Below, piece after piece: positions 36,405 to 47,300 of a DNA stretch of 64,000 bases (the first letter of the stretch is position 1; each line of letters starts with the position of its first letter). The translations under genes and the position numbers were made by a program. Under the pieces are notes generated by a model. That model did no database searches and was not told where the DNA came from. It saw only the letters and a program-made list of their open reading frames with translations. Origin of the DNA: Scenedesmus sp. PABB004 (Eukaryota); NCBI GenBank assembly GCA_014905635.1, contig JABVCE010000005.1:558001-622000 (forward strand), in the 5' to 3' direction.

Positions 36405-37338
36405 GACGGCTGGGAGGGCGCGCCCGAGGCGGTCGACGCCTACTTGGAGCTGTCGCCGCCGAGGGTGCGGTGCGGCCGCGAGCGCGTGCGCCGCGCGGCG
36501 TGGCGGCGCGGCGCTGCGGGCCGCGCGCCCTGCTCAGCGTCCCGACCTGCTCGGCGCCGCGCGCCGCGTGACGCGCACACCGCGCCGCCCCTCCCGCCGG
36601 CGCTCTCAGGTGCTCGCGAACACCGCGCCGCCTCGCCGCCGGCCTCTAAGGCGGCGCCGGCGCGGGGTCGGCGCGGTGAGCCAGAGCGCCGTCGCCTCAG
36701 CACGGCCTTGATGCTGACCGGCCTGACCCGCGCGGGCGCCGTTTTGAGGCTGGCGGCAGAGTCCTGGACGCGCCCGCGCCGGGCGTGGTCGAGGCCGAGG
36801 GTGTGGCGCCGCCGCGCGCGCTCTGCGCGTGCTGGCAGCGGCGCGCGGCTGCAGGCTCGCGCCGCCGCCGCTGCCGCAGCCTCAGCGCGCGATTGGGGCA
36901 TTGTGGAGGCGGGCCGGCGTCAAGAACGGCGCGTGCTGACGGTGCCGGCGCGTCGCCTGCGCGCGGCGGCAGCGACCGGCCGGTCGCCGCGCGCGGCACG
37001 TAACTCCCCCGCTCGCGTCGCTGCCGCCCGCGTCGCCCCACCACACGCGTGGGTCGCGGAGGGTTGCGGGCTGCAGCTTACAGCCCAGGAACGCCGGAAA
37101 GCGCTGGTCGACCTCCAAAGGAAGGCCAGCCCTAGCGCTCGCGATCGGCGCCCGACGCCGGCGCCGTAGCAGAGGTACGCGCGGCGCGGTGGCCTGGGCC
37201 GACAGCGGCGCCCGGGGCGCCCGCCGCGCCCGCCGCCGCTGCTGCTGCTGCTGCTGCTGCCGCCGGCCGCCCACGTGCCCCCGCGTGCTCACGGCCGCTC
37301 ACCGCCCGCCCCACGCCCGGCTGCGCGGCCAGGCTGAC

Positions 37339-37830
37339 ATGTCGGACGAGGCGGGCGCGTTCGGCGTGGCAGCCGCGGCGGCGACCGCGCTGGACGACGA
37401 CGCGCAGCCGGCGCTGCTCGCGGGCGACAACACCACGAGCGTGCTCGAATCGCCCTTCGCCTCGGCCGCGCTGGACGTGCCGGATGAGGAGCTGCAGCCC
37501 GCCGCTGCTGGCGGCGCCGCGCCCCGCCAGCAGCAGGCGCGGCGCGGGCCGCCGTGCGCGAGCGGCGGCAGCGCTGCCAGCGGGGGCAGCGCCGCCAGCG
37601 GGGGCAGCGCCGCGAGCGGCGGCAGCACGACCAGCGCAGCCGGCCCGCGCTCGGCGAGCGGCGGCCTGCGCGCGCTGCTGGACGAGCTGGGAGGCGCGGC
37701 GAGCATGCTTGAGAGCCCGTTCCTGAGCGCGTGCGTCGTGGACACGCGCAACACGCGCGGCCTCAGCCTGACCAGCTCGGAGGAGCTCGCCGCGGCGGCC
37801 GCCGCCGCCACCATCGGCAGCAAGGCGTGA
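37339..37830 (+). CDS. Small orphan protein (163 aa) with two LESPF motifs; probable 5'-UTR intron 37175-37332
   Basis: MSDEAGAFG...SVLESPFASAAL...(SGGSAA)n...SMLESPFLSACV...GSKA*; codon pattern matches the real exons; upstream AG|GTACGC donor and CAG acceptor. Confidence 0.6.
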   Translation: MSDEAGAFGVAAAAATALDDDAQPALLAGDNTTSVLESPFASAALDVPDEELQPAAAGGAAPRQQQARRGPPCASGGSAASGGSAASGGSAASGGSTTSAAGPRSASGGLRALLDELGGAASMLESPFLSACVVDTRNTRGLSLTSSEELAAAAAAATIGSKA

Positions 37831-37894
37831 ACCCGGGCCGGGGCGGAGGGGGCGCTGCGCGCGTGCGGCGCGCGTGGGGAGGGGGTACGGGCAA

Positions 37895-38000
37895 CGGGGG
37901 GGGGGGGGGGGCGACGGCGCACACGCACTACACACACCACACCACGCACACCCACCCACACCCATCCACCCACCCACCCACCCACCCACAACACACACAC
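37895..38000. repeat. Poly-G run plus CA/CACC simple-sequence repeat
   Basis: A G homopolymer followed by (CACAC/CACC)n between the convergent orphan and decarboxylase genes. Confidence 0.85.
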
Positions 38001-38275
38001 AAATCTCGGGTTTGGGGCATGCGAGGGGGTTTTACGGTGGGAATCCGCCCGCGTTGCCGGGCACTGCGCGCGAGTGCGTGCGTGCCGTGTTGCTTCTATT
38101 TCCTGCGCGCGTTCGTGCAGAGGCTGCCGTCGGGGCACAGGGCCGGGCGCGAGCAGGCGCCGCGCGGGAGGCGCGGCGGGACTGGCCGCGCGCGGGCAGG
38201 CGTGGGTGCCGCCCCGGGTGCGCCGGTGTTTGATGTCTGAACGATCGGTGCCGAACGTAACGGCGGCGCACAGTG

Positions 38276-40717
38276 TCACTCCCCCGCCTGCGACGCGAGC
38301 ACGTCCGCCACCGCCGCCGCCACTGCCGCCCAGCCCTGCTCCACGTGCTCCAGCTGCGTGTGCGCGCAGCCGACGGCAAAGCGCAGCGTGAAGCGGCCGC
38401 CGAGGTCGGTGCCGACGAGGAAGACGGACCCTGCGCCAGGGTTCGGGCGGCGCCAGGGTTTGGGCGGCGCGCGAGGCATGCCGTCAGTGAGTGTGGCGTC
38501 GCCAGCGGCGGCGGCGGCGGCGCGCAGCGGAACGGGGCCGCCAGCGCGTGGGCCGCCGTGCGGCGAGGCGTGCGCGCGTGCAGCTGCAGCCGCAGCTGGC
38601 GCGCACCGTCGGCGTTGATGCGTTCCAGCAGCGCCCTGTTGGCCGCGTCGCCGGCGCCCGCGAGGCGGAAGCACGTCAGCCCGAACCGCGGCGGCGCGGC
38701 GAGCTCAAGGCGCGCGTCGGCCGCGACGCGCTGCGCAAACCACTCCCCGAGCGCGATGTGGTGCCGCAGCAGCGCCTGCAGCTTGGCCTGGCGCCGCGCG
38801 GCGCGGCGGCGCGGCGCGGCGCGTGCGGGGCCGTGCGGGCGGGGGCAGGGGCGCGCTCGGCGGGCGCGCGCAGCCGCCGGCGGCCCGCCCGCGCGCCGCG
38901 CGCGGCGGGCGAGGCGGCGCCTGTGCGCACGCGTCCCCCAGCCGGCCGCGCATCCGCCGTGCCACAACCGCGCCGCCGCACCTGGCCGTACATGCGCAGG
39001 ACAAACCAGAGCTTCAGCGAGCGGAAGCGCCGCCCGAGCGGGATCTGCCAGCACTTGAAGTCGTGCACGTTGCCGACACCCACCAGGTAGGCCGGCGTCA
39101 GCGACAGCGCGGCGAGCAGGTGCGTCGTGTCGGACAGCCACATCGCCGCGCAGTCAAAGCCGGTCACCAGCCACCTGCGCGCGCGGGTGGGAGGCGGCGG
39201 GCAGCGTCGGCGCGCGGCGCGCCCGCCGGCCCCCGCCGCGCGGGCGCGGCGGCGCCGGCGGCGCGGCAGCGGCGGCGCGCGGGGCGGGCGCACTGACTTG
39301 TGCACGCTGAAGCTGTAGCTGTCGGCCTGGTCCAGGCCCTCGAACCAGTGCCGCTGCTCCGGCAGGATCGACGCGCTGCCCGCCCACGCGGCGTCGACGT
39401 GCAGCCACACGCCGTGCCTGGCGGCGGCGCGGCGCCGCGGGCGCGCGCGCGCGTGTGGGCGAGCGCCGCCGGCGGCCGCGCCGCCGGACGCCGCGCGCGC
39501 GCGCGCGCGCGCCGCACCTGGCGCACACGCGCCCCAGCTCGCCCACGGGGTCGACCGCGCAGCTCGAGGTCGTGCCGATGGTGCCGCAGGCGTAAAAGGG
39601 CAGCAGCCCGTCCGCGACGTCGCGCTCGATCGCCGCGTCGAGCGCGTCCGCCTGCACCGCGTGCGCGTGCTCGCCGCTCGTCGGCAGCTTGCGCACGTGC
39701 GCCACGCCCGCGACCATGGCGGCCTTCTGGTAGCACGAGTGCGCCTGCGCGGGCAGCACGGCGCGGCGCGTGGAACGCGGCGCGGCGCGGCGCGCGAGGT
39801 GCGTGCCGCGGCGGCGCACGCCCGCCGCCGGCGCCGCGCGGCGGGCTCGCCGGGCGGCCGGCCGCCGACCAGCACCTGGTCGCTGCCGTAGCAGACCAGC
39901 CGCAGCGCGTCCTCGGCCGGCCGGCCCTGCATCGTGCGCGCGCGCGCCGCGAGCATCGCGACCAGCACCGCCTCGCTGCTCGTGCTCTGGATGACCCCGC
40001 CGCTCGCCGGCCGCGGCGGCGCGTCGCTGTTGCCGCCGCCGCTGTCGCCGCGCGCCGTCGGCGACAGAAACTTCTCCGGGAGGCCGCAGAGCTTGGCCAG
40101 CCAGTCCATCATGACCTGCGGCCCGGCGCGGCGCGGCGTCGCGCTTGCCGGCTGGCTGCCGCCACGCGGGCCGCGGTGCGCCCGCCGCCGCCGCTGCGTT
40201 CTGCTGCCGCCGCCGCGCGGCGCACCATCTCCAGCTCCGTGCTCGCGGGGCTGCTCTGCCAGCTGAAGCCGATCATGTTTAACGCCCCGCACAGCATGTC
40301 GGCGATCTGGCTCGGCGCGCTCGTGTTGCCGCCAAACCAGGCGAAGAAGCGCGGGCTCTGCCAGTGCGTCACGCCGGGCATGATCTTGGACAGGAAGTCG
40401 GCCTTGACCGCGGCAAAGGGCTCGGCCTGCTCCGGCGCCGACGGCGGGAGCAGCGCGCGCAGGTAGCCCGGCGCGACGTCCGGCAGCACTTTGGCGCTGC
40501 GCGCGGCCGCCATGTAGTCGCAGACCATGTCCACCGTCTCGTAGCCGAGGCGGCGAAACTCCTCCACCGACACGGGGTGCGCAAAGTCGGCGAGCGCCGC
40601 GTGTGCGGCGGCGGCGGCGCCGGGCGCGTGCGACCCCATGGCGGCTGCGGTGGCGGCGCCGGGCGCGTGCGACCCCACGGCGGCTGCGGCGGCGGCGCCG
40701 GGCGCGTGCGACCCCAT
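38276..40717 (-). CDS. Aromatic L-amino-acid (tyrosine/DOPA) decarboxylase, PLP-dependent group II, multi-exon
   Basis: EEFRRLGYETVDMVCDY; IMPGVTHWQSPRFFAWF; SWQSSPASTELE; GGVIQSTSSEAVLVAMLAAR; GTIGTTSSCAVDP; WLHVDAAWAG; DSYSFSVHK|W (PLP Lys); WQIPLGRRFRSLKLWFVLRMYG. Confidence 0.95.
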
Positions 40718-40733
40718 GGCGGCTGCGGCGGCG
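40607..40733. repeat. 39-bp tandem repeat x3 encoding the decarboxylase N-terminus
   Basis: Period-39 unit encoding (M/V)GSHAPGAA(A/T)AAA; ATG/GTG/ATG at 40717, 40678 and 40639. Confidence 0.92.
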
Positions 40734-41029
40734 CAATGGCGGCGAGGGCGCGACGGGATTGTGCGACGAATGGGCAATGCTGGTTGCCCCACTTTTCCGC
40801 CGCCGCTTGTGCCCTGCACCGCGCCGGCGCTGCTGTCGCGGGCGGCGGCGGCGGCGCAGGCCAGCAGAGATCCGCGGTCCCGGCATCATCGGTTGACGAC
40901 GGCGATCGTGCCCGGGCCTTTCGCTCGCCCGGGCGCGATCGCGCCTCGCTCGGCCCTCCGCTAGCGCGGATCAATCGACTGGAGCCGGCGCCGCTCGCGA
41001 CACGCGCCAGGCAGTCCCGAGCGCTCGCC

Positions 41030-43623
41030 ATGCTGGCGGATCGGCGCGCCGGCGCTCCGGCGCGCCGCAGCGCGACCGGGATGCCGGCGCGAGTTGCGGG
41101 CGCCCCCCGCGCGCCACCCGGGCCCGTGGCCGTCCCAAGGCCGCGCCGGCGAGTGGCCGGCAGCGCTCCGACACCGGGGCGCCCGGCTGCGGCTGCAGCG
41201 GGGCTGGCGCCGGCGGTCGGGGCGGAGCGGCAGCAGCAGCCGCTGCCGGCGGCGCCGCTGGCGCCGCCGCGCGACGGCGCGACCTACACGCCCGCGCCCG
41301 ACGCCGAGGGCCGCGCGCGCCAGCTGACGGCGCACATCGGGCGGCGGCGGCACTGGAGCCAGCTGCAGCTGCTCTGGCTCGACGCGCGCGGCCTGTCGCC
41401 GCTGCACACGACCGCGGCGCTCACGCGCCTCGCGGCGCTCGTGGAGGCGCAGGGCGTCGCGGCGGCGGACCGGCCGGAGCTGTTCAAGTTCTCCAGCGCG
41501 CTCGTGGCCGACGCCGCGGCGGCGCTGGCGCCGGGCGGCGGCGGCGCCGAGGAGCCGGGCGGCGGCGGCGACGCGCGCGCGGAGCGCCTGGACGCCCGCG
41601 GCGCGCGCAGTGCCTGCGCGCGTACGCGCGGCTGCAGGCCGCCGCGCCGCACAGCAGCCGCAGCGGCGACGCCGCGGCGGCCGCGCTCGCGGCCGCGCTC
41701 GCGGGCGGGCTGGCGGCGGGGCTGGCGCCGTCGGAGCTGTCGCAGGCGGCGTGGGCGGGCGCGGCGCTGCGGCGGCGCGGGCGGCGCCTGCCGCCCGGCT
41801 GGTGGGCCGCGCTGGAGGCCCGCGCCGCGGCGCTGCTGCCGGCGCTGGCGCCGGCGGAGGTCGCGTGCTGCGCGTGGGCGGCGGCGTCCGCGGGCCACGC
41901 GCCGCCGCCCGCGCACGTCGCGGCGCTGCTCGGCCACGCGCGCGCGCGGCTGGCGGCGTACGGCGCCGCGGAGCTGCTGCAGCTGCTGCTCGCCGTCGGC
42001 ACGTGGCGCGCGGCGCCGCCGGCGCCCTGGCTGGCCGCCGCGGCGGCGCGCCTGGAGCGCCTCGCGGGCGGCATGTCGCCGCAGGACGTGAGCAACGCGC
42101 TGCTCGCGCTCGCGCGCCTCGGCGCGGCGCCGCCGGCGCCGCTCGCGGCCGCGCTGCTGGGCCGGCTGCGCGCGCTGCTGCCGCGCTGCGGCGCGCGCGT
42201 GCTCGTCACGGTGCCGTACGCGCTCGCGCGGCTGCGCGTCGACCCTGGGCCCGAGTGGTGGGCGCATTTCCTGCCCTACGCCCTCGTCGCGCTGCAGCCC
42301 GCGGGCGCGGCCGACCTCGCCATCCTGGCCTGGTCGCTTGCGCGCCTCGGCGTGCACCCCGGGCCCGCGTGGCTCGCGGAGCTGCTGTCCGCGACGAGCG
42401 GGCACCGCCTGCGCGGCTTTGCGGCGCAGGAGCTCGCGATGCTGGCGTGGGCGCTCGGGCGCTGGCGCGCGGCGCCGGGCGCGTGGTGGTGGGAGGGGTT
42501 TGAGGCCGCGTCGGAGGAGCGTCTTGACGACCTCACCGCCGCCGAGCTGGCGGCGCTGCTGCGCGGCGTGGGCGGGCTGGCCTATGCCGAGGGCGCGGCG
42601 CCCGACGCCGCGGCCGGCCCGGGCGGGCGCTGGACCGCCGCGCTGCTGCTGGCGGCGCGGCGCGCCCTCGTGGGCGCGCCGGCGGACTGCCTCGCGGGCG
42701 TGCTGTCGGGCCTCGGCCGCCTGGGCGTGCGCCCGAGCGCGGCCTGGCTGGCGGACTTTGAGGCGGCCGCCGCCGCGGCGCTGCCCGGCGCGAGCGTCGC
42801 GCACGCGGCGGCCCTGCTGTGGGGCTTTTCCGCGATGCGGGTGCAGCCCAGCCGCGCGCTGCTCGCCGCGCTGCACGACCGCGTCGGCGGCGCGCTCGAG
42901 TCGGCGGCGGCGGCGCGACGCGGTGGCGGCGAGGCGCGCGGCGGCGGCGGCGCGGCGGACGCCGCCGCGGCCGACCCCGCCGGCGCCGCCGCGGCCGCCG
43001 AGTACGGCGTCGCGTGGCGGCCGTGCCCGGCGGCGCCCGCCGACGCGCGCGCGCGGCCCACGCCGGCCGCCGCGGCGCAGCTGCTGTGGGCGGCGGCGGA
43101 GCTGCCGGAGGCGCCCGGCGCGCCGTGGTGGGCAGATGACCTGCTGCTCGCGGCGGCGCCGGGCCTGCCGGGCGCCGACGCGGCCACGCTCGTGTCGCTG
43201 CTGTCGGTGCTGGGCCGGCTGCGCCACGCGCCCGGCGACGCGCGCTGGCTGGACGCCTGGTGGGCCGCGTTCGCGCCGCGGCTGCGCGCCGCGGCGCGCG
43301 CGGGCGACGCGCAGGCGGTGTCGCTGGTCGCCGCCGCGCTGTGGGCGCTGAGCCGCATGGGCGCGGCGCCCTCGGGCGGCGCCTGGCTGCGGCAGGCCAT
43401 GGACGCGACGCAGCCGCTGCTGGCGGCCGCGTCGCCCAGGCAGTTGCACGGCCTGCTGCGCCAGCTCGTCGCGCTGCGTGTGTGGCCGGGCGACGCGTGG
43501 GCGGCCGACGCGGCGGCCGCGCTGCACGCTGCGCGGGCGCGGCTGGCGCCGGCGCAGTCGGCCGAGGTCGCCGCGCTCGCCGAGGCCGCCGCCTTCCTGG
43601 CCGCGCTGGGGCACGCGGCATGA
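41030..43623 (+). CDS. Octotricopeptide-repeat (OPR)-like organellar RNA-binding protein; apparent 1-nt frameshift near 41605
   Basis: Repeated helical units such as MSPQDVSNALLALARLG..PP, FAAQELAMLAWALGRWR..PG.WW and LWGFSAMRVQPS; transit-peptide-like N-terminus; LSPLHTTAALTRLA. Confidence 0.78.
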
Positions 43624-43949
43624 GAGGGGTGACGGGGCAGGCGTGTGCGCGCCGGGTATTGTTCCTGCGGCCGCGGCGTGCGCCTGCCACCGTGCGCGTC
43701 GTGCAGCGTGCTGTGTCTCGAGTCGGTCTCGTGCGCTTCGCAGGTGCTGTGCATCTCTTGTGTGCGCGCGTGTGGCGCAGCAGCGCTCGCCGGCAGCGTG
43801 CAGCCTCACACGGCCGGCGGGCGCCGCACCTCGCCTTGGTGAACCTTGAACCTCCGGACGTCATGCCCCGACCGCCGCGGACGCCCGCTGGCGCCGCCGC
43901 CGCCGCCGCCAGTTGCAGCGCCTCCCGCTCGGCCGACAGGAGCGGCGCG

Positions 43950-44300
43950 ATGTGGGGCGGCCTCGATTGGGGCGGGGTCTCGCAGCTCGCCGCCGCGGCG
44001 GGCTCCACGCTTGGCGCGGCGCTGGACAAGGCGAAGCAGGAATGGGACGAGCTGGACAAGACGCTCGCGGACGGCGGCGGCGGCGGCCCCAGGAGCAGCT
44101 CCCAGGGCGGGGGGCGGGCGAGCGAAGACGATGGCGGCGGCGTCTTCATCGACGGCGGCGTCTTCATCGCCAGCGGTGCGTGGGCGTGGCGCCTGGGGGT
44201 TTGCTCGTCGCCCGGGCCGCGGCTCACGGCCTCCGCCCCGCCCGCAGGGCACGGCGACGAGCAGCAGCGCGAGCAACCGCCGCCTGCGGCGCACAGCAGC

Positions 44301-44332
<32 letters not shown>

Positions 44333-47300
44333 CGTGCCGCCTGAGCAGCCACCTGACGAGCAACAGGCCGCGGCTGCGCCGCCGCCGGCGGCGCCTGCTA
44401 GCAGCGGCGAGGCGGCCGCGGAGCAGCAGGAGCAGCAGCAACCGTCGCCCAGCCCCGAGCCGGGTTCGGGCAAGAAGAAAAAGGTGCTGGTCAAGAAGCT
44501 CGTGCGCAAGGCATCCGCGGGCACGGCAGCGGCGGCAGCTGCCGGCGACGCGGCGGCGGACGCGGCGCAGAGCGCAGCGCACGAACGCGCCGAGCAGCTG
44601 CGCGGCGGTGCCGGCGCGCCCGCCTGCGCCGCCGAACCCGAAGCGGAGGCCGGGGGCAAGCCGGCGCCGGCGCGCAAGCCGCGCCCGCCCAAGGCGAGCC
44701 TCGGGGTGGTGAGGCTGGGGCAGCAGCAGCCGCCCGGTGAGGCGCAGCGACAGCCCGAGCCGTTGGAGGTCGAGCAGCAGCAGCCGCTGGAGGACGAGCA
44801 GCAGCAGCCGCTGGCGCTGCAGGAGCAGCCACAGGCACCGGTGCAGCCACAGGTGCTGGAGCAGCAACAGCAGCAGGCGCTGCTGGAGGAGCAGCAGCAG
44901 GCGTCGCTGGAGGAGCAGCAGCAGGCGCTGGAGCCTGGCGAGGCTGCTGCGCCAGCGGAGCCGGCGGAGCGCCCGCCGGATGAGAGCGGCGGCTGGGCCG
45001 AGCAGGGCGAGGATGAGCTGGGGCTGCTGCTGCAGTCGCAGGAGCAACCGGTTGCGGGGCGCCAGCAGCATGCGGAGCTGTTGCCGCCGGACCTGCTGCC
45101 TGAGCAGCCGCCGCAGCAGGGGCCGGAGCCGGAGCGGCTTGAGCGGCCGCTTGAGCCCGGTGTGCCGTCAGAGCAGGCCGAGGCGCCCCCTCTGGCTCAG
45201 CAGCCGCTGGCGCCAGCAGCAGAGCCTCAGGACCCTGCAGCCGCGTGTGCGCAGGAACAGGAGCCGGAGCAGCCGCTGGACCTGCAGCCGGAGCAGGCAC
45301 AGCCGCTGGACCTGCAGCAGGAGCAGGCGCAGCCGCTGGACCTGCAGCCGGAGCAGGCGCAGCAGGAGCAGGTGCAGACGGAGCAGGCGCAGCCCGAGCA
45401 GCAGCAGCAGCCGCCCGAGCAGGCGCAGCCGGAGCAGCAGGAGCTGCCGCCGGCGCGGTCACCGCCAGAGCAGGCGCGGCGGGCCTCGCGGCACTCGGAA
45501 CCGTCGGGCCAGCCGCAGCACCACCAGCACAGCGACCGCTTTGTAGAGCTGCTGAAGCAGCAGTGCCACGAGCTGCAGGCGCAGCTCACGGCGCGTGAGG
45601 GGCAGCTCTCGCGCCAGGCGGCGCAGCTGGGCGAGCTGCAGGCCGGCAGCGCGGCGCTCGCGGACGCCAAGGCCCAGCTCGAGGGCGTGGTCGTCGCGCT
45701 CACCGCGCGCAACGAGCAGCTGGCGCTGCGTGCGAGCAAGGTGGGATGCTGGCACAGCGCTGCTGCTGCGGCGGGCTGCGCCGCGGCGGGTGCGGCGCCG
45801 GCGCCGCGCGGCGCGCCTGCTGCTGACGGGTGCCGCCGCCCCGCCGCCAGGTGAGCGAGGAGGAGATGCAGGAGGTGCAGCGCGAGGCGGCGGAGCGCCT
45901 GGCGGCCGCGGAGCGCAAGGTGCGCGCGGCGCCCCCGCGCTGCTGCTGGCGCCGTGTGCGCGGCAGCGCTGAGGAGCCGCGCGCGCTCTGCTCCGCCGTT
46001 CCTGCAGCTGGCCGCGCTGGCCAAGGAGCGCGACGCGCTCAAGCGCTCCGCGGCGGCGTCCTCGTCCGCCGACGGCGGCGAGCTGCGGCGGCTGGAGGCG
46101 GACCTTCGCAAGAAGGAGGACCTGGTGGCGCAGGTGCGACCTCGTCGCGCGCCCGGGCGGCCGCTGCGCCCTCGGGGCAGGCAGCGGCCGGCCTTCGGTC
46201 GCGCGCGCGGCGGGCGTCAGCGCCGGCGCGGGCGGCACCCACGCTGACGCGCCGCCCGGACCGCCCGCTCGCGCCGCCAGCTCATGGAGGAGGGCCAGAA
46301 GCTCAGCAAGCGCCAGCTGGACCTGGAGGGCCTCGTCAAGAAGCTGCGCGCCCAGCTCAAGGCCGCCGAGGCGGAGCGCGACAAGCTGGGCGCCGCGCTC
46401 GGCGCCGAGCGCACCGAGGCCGAGGCGCTGCGCCGCGGCCGCGCCAAGGCGGAGCGCGACCTCGCCGCCGCGGTGGAGGCGGGGCGGCAGGAGGTGGAGG
46501 CGGCGCGGCAGCAGGGCGAGGAGCGGCTGGCCAAGGCGCGCGCGGAGCAGGTGCGGCCCTGCCGGCACGCGGCAGGGGAGGGGCGCGACCGCGCGCCCAG
46601 CTGGCACAGCCGGCCCACACGCCCGCCGCCCGCTGCTCCCCGCGCGCCCCTCCCGCGCACAGGTTGCGGCGCAGGCGAGCGCCGCGGAGGCCGCGGCCGA
46701 GGGTCTGTCCAGCGCGCTCAAGGCGTCCGAGGCGCGGTCTGCCGCACTGGCGGACACCGTGGCGGAGCTGCAGGAGGCGCTCGAGCGGCAGCGCGCCGCG
46801 GCAGACCTGCGAGAGGAGATGCTCCGCCAGGCGCGCCGGGCGGCGGGCCGCGCGGCGAGCCGGCCGGGCGAGGGCTGGCGGCGCGGCGCGCGGCGGGGCG
46901 CGGCGCGGCGCGGCGGCAGCGGCCGCCCGGCCTCACGCGCGCGCCGCCCCGCTCCGCCGCTCCGCGCGCAGGACCTCACCGACCTGGAGCGCCGCGCGCA
47001 AGCGGCCGAGCTGCGGCACCAGGAGCTCAGTGCCAAGCTGCCCGAGGCCACCGCGCCGCTGCTGCGCCAGATCTCGGCCCTGCAGACCGCCTCCAGCGCG
47101 CAGGCGCAGGCGTGGGCTGCCGCCGAGCGCGCTCTGGCCGCGCGCGTGCGCGAGGCTGAGGCGGCCGCGGCGGCGGCGGCGGAGCGGCAGCGCGACGCGG
47201 AGGAGCAGCTGGGCGCCCTGCAGGTGGGCGGGCACCGGCGCGCCGTGCTGCCGGCGGGCCGTGCTGCTGCACCGGCGGCGGCTCACGCCGTCTGCCCGCC

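Noticed and set aside
34760..37100. Autonomous transposon or Fanzor/TnpB-type RNA-guided element
   Set aside because: No transposase, RuvC, reverse transcriptase or integrase motifs seen nearby, and no clear terminal repeats with target-site duplication.
36294..37169. 291-aa + strand ORF overlapping H5 and the weaker stems
   Set aside because: Non-ATG start, no recognisable motif, atypical codon pattern; the sequence is better explained by base pairing. A short coding exon cannot be fully excluded.
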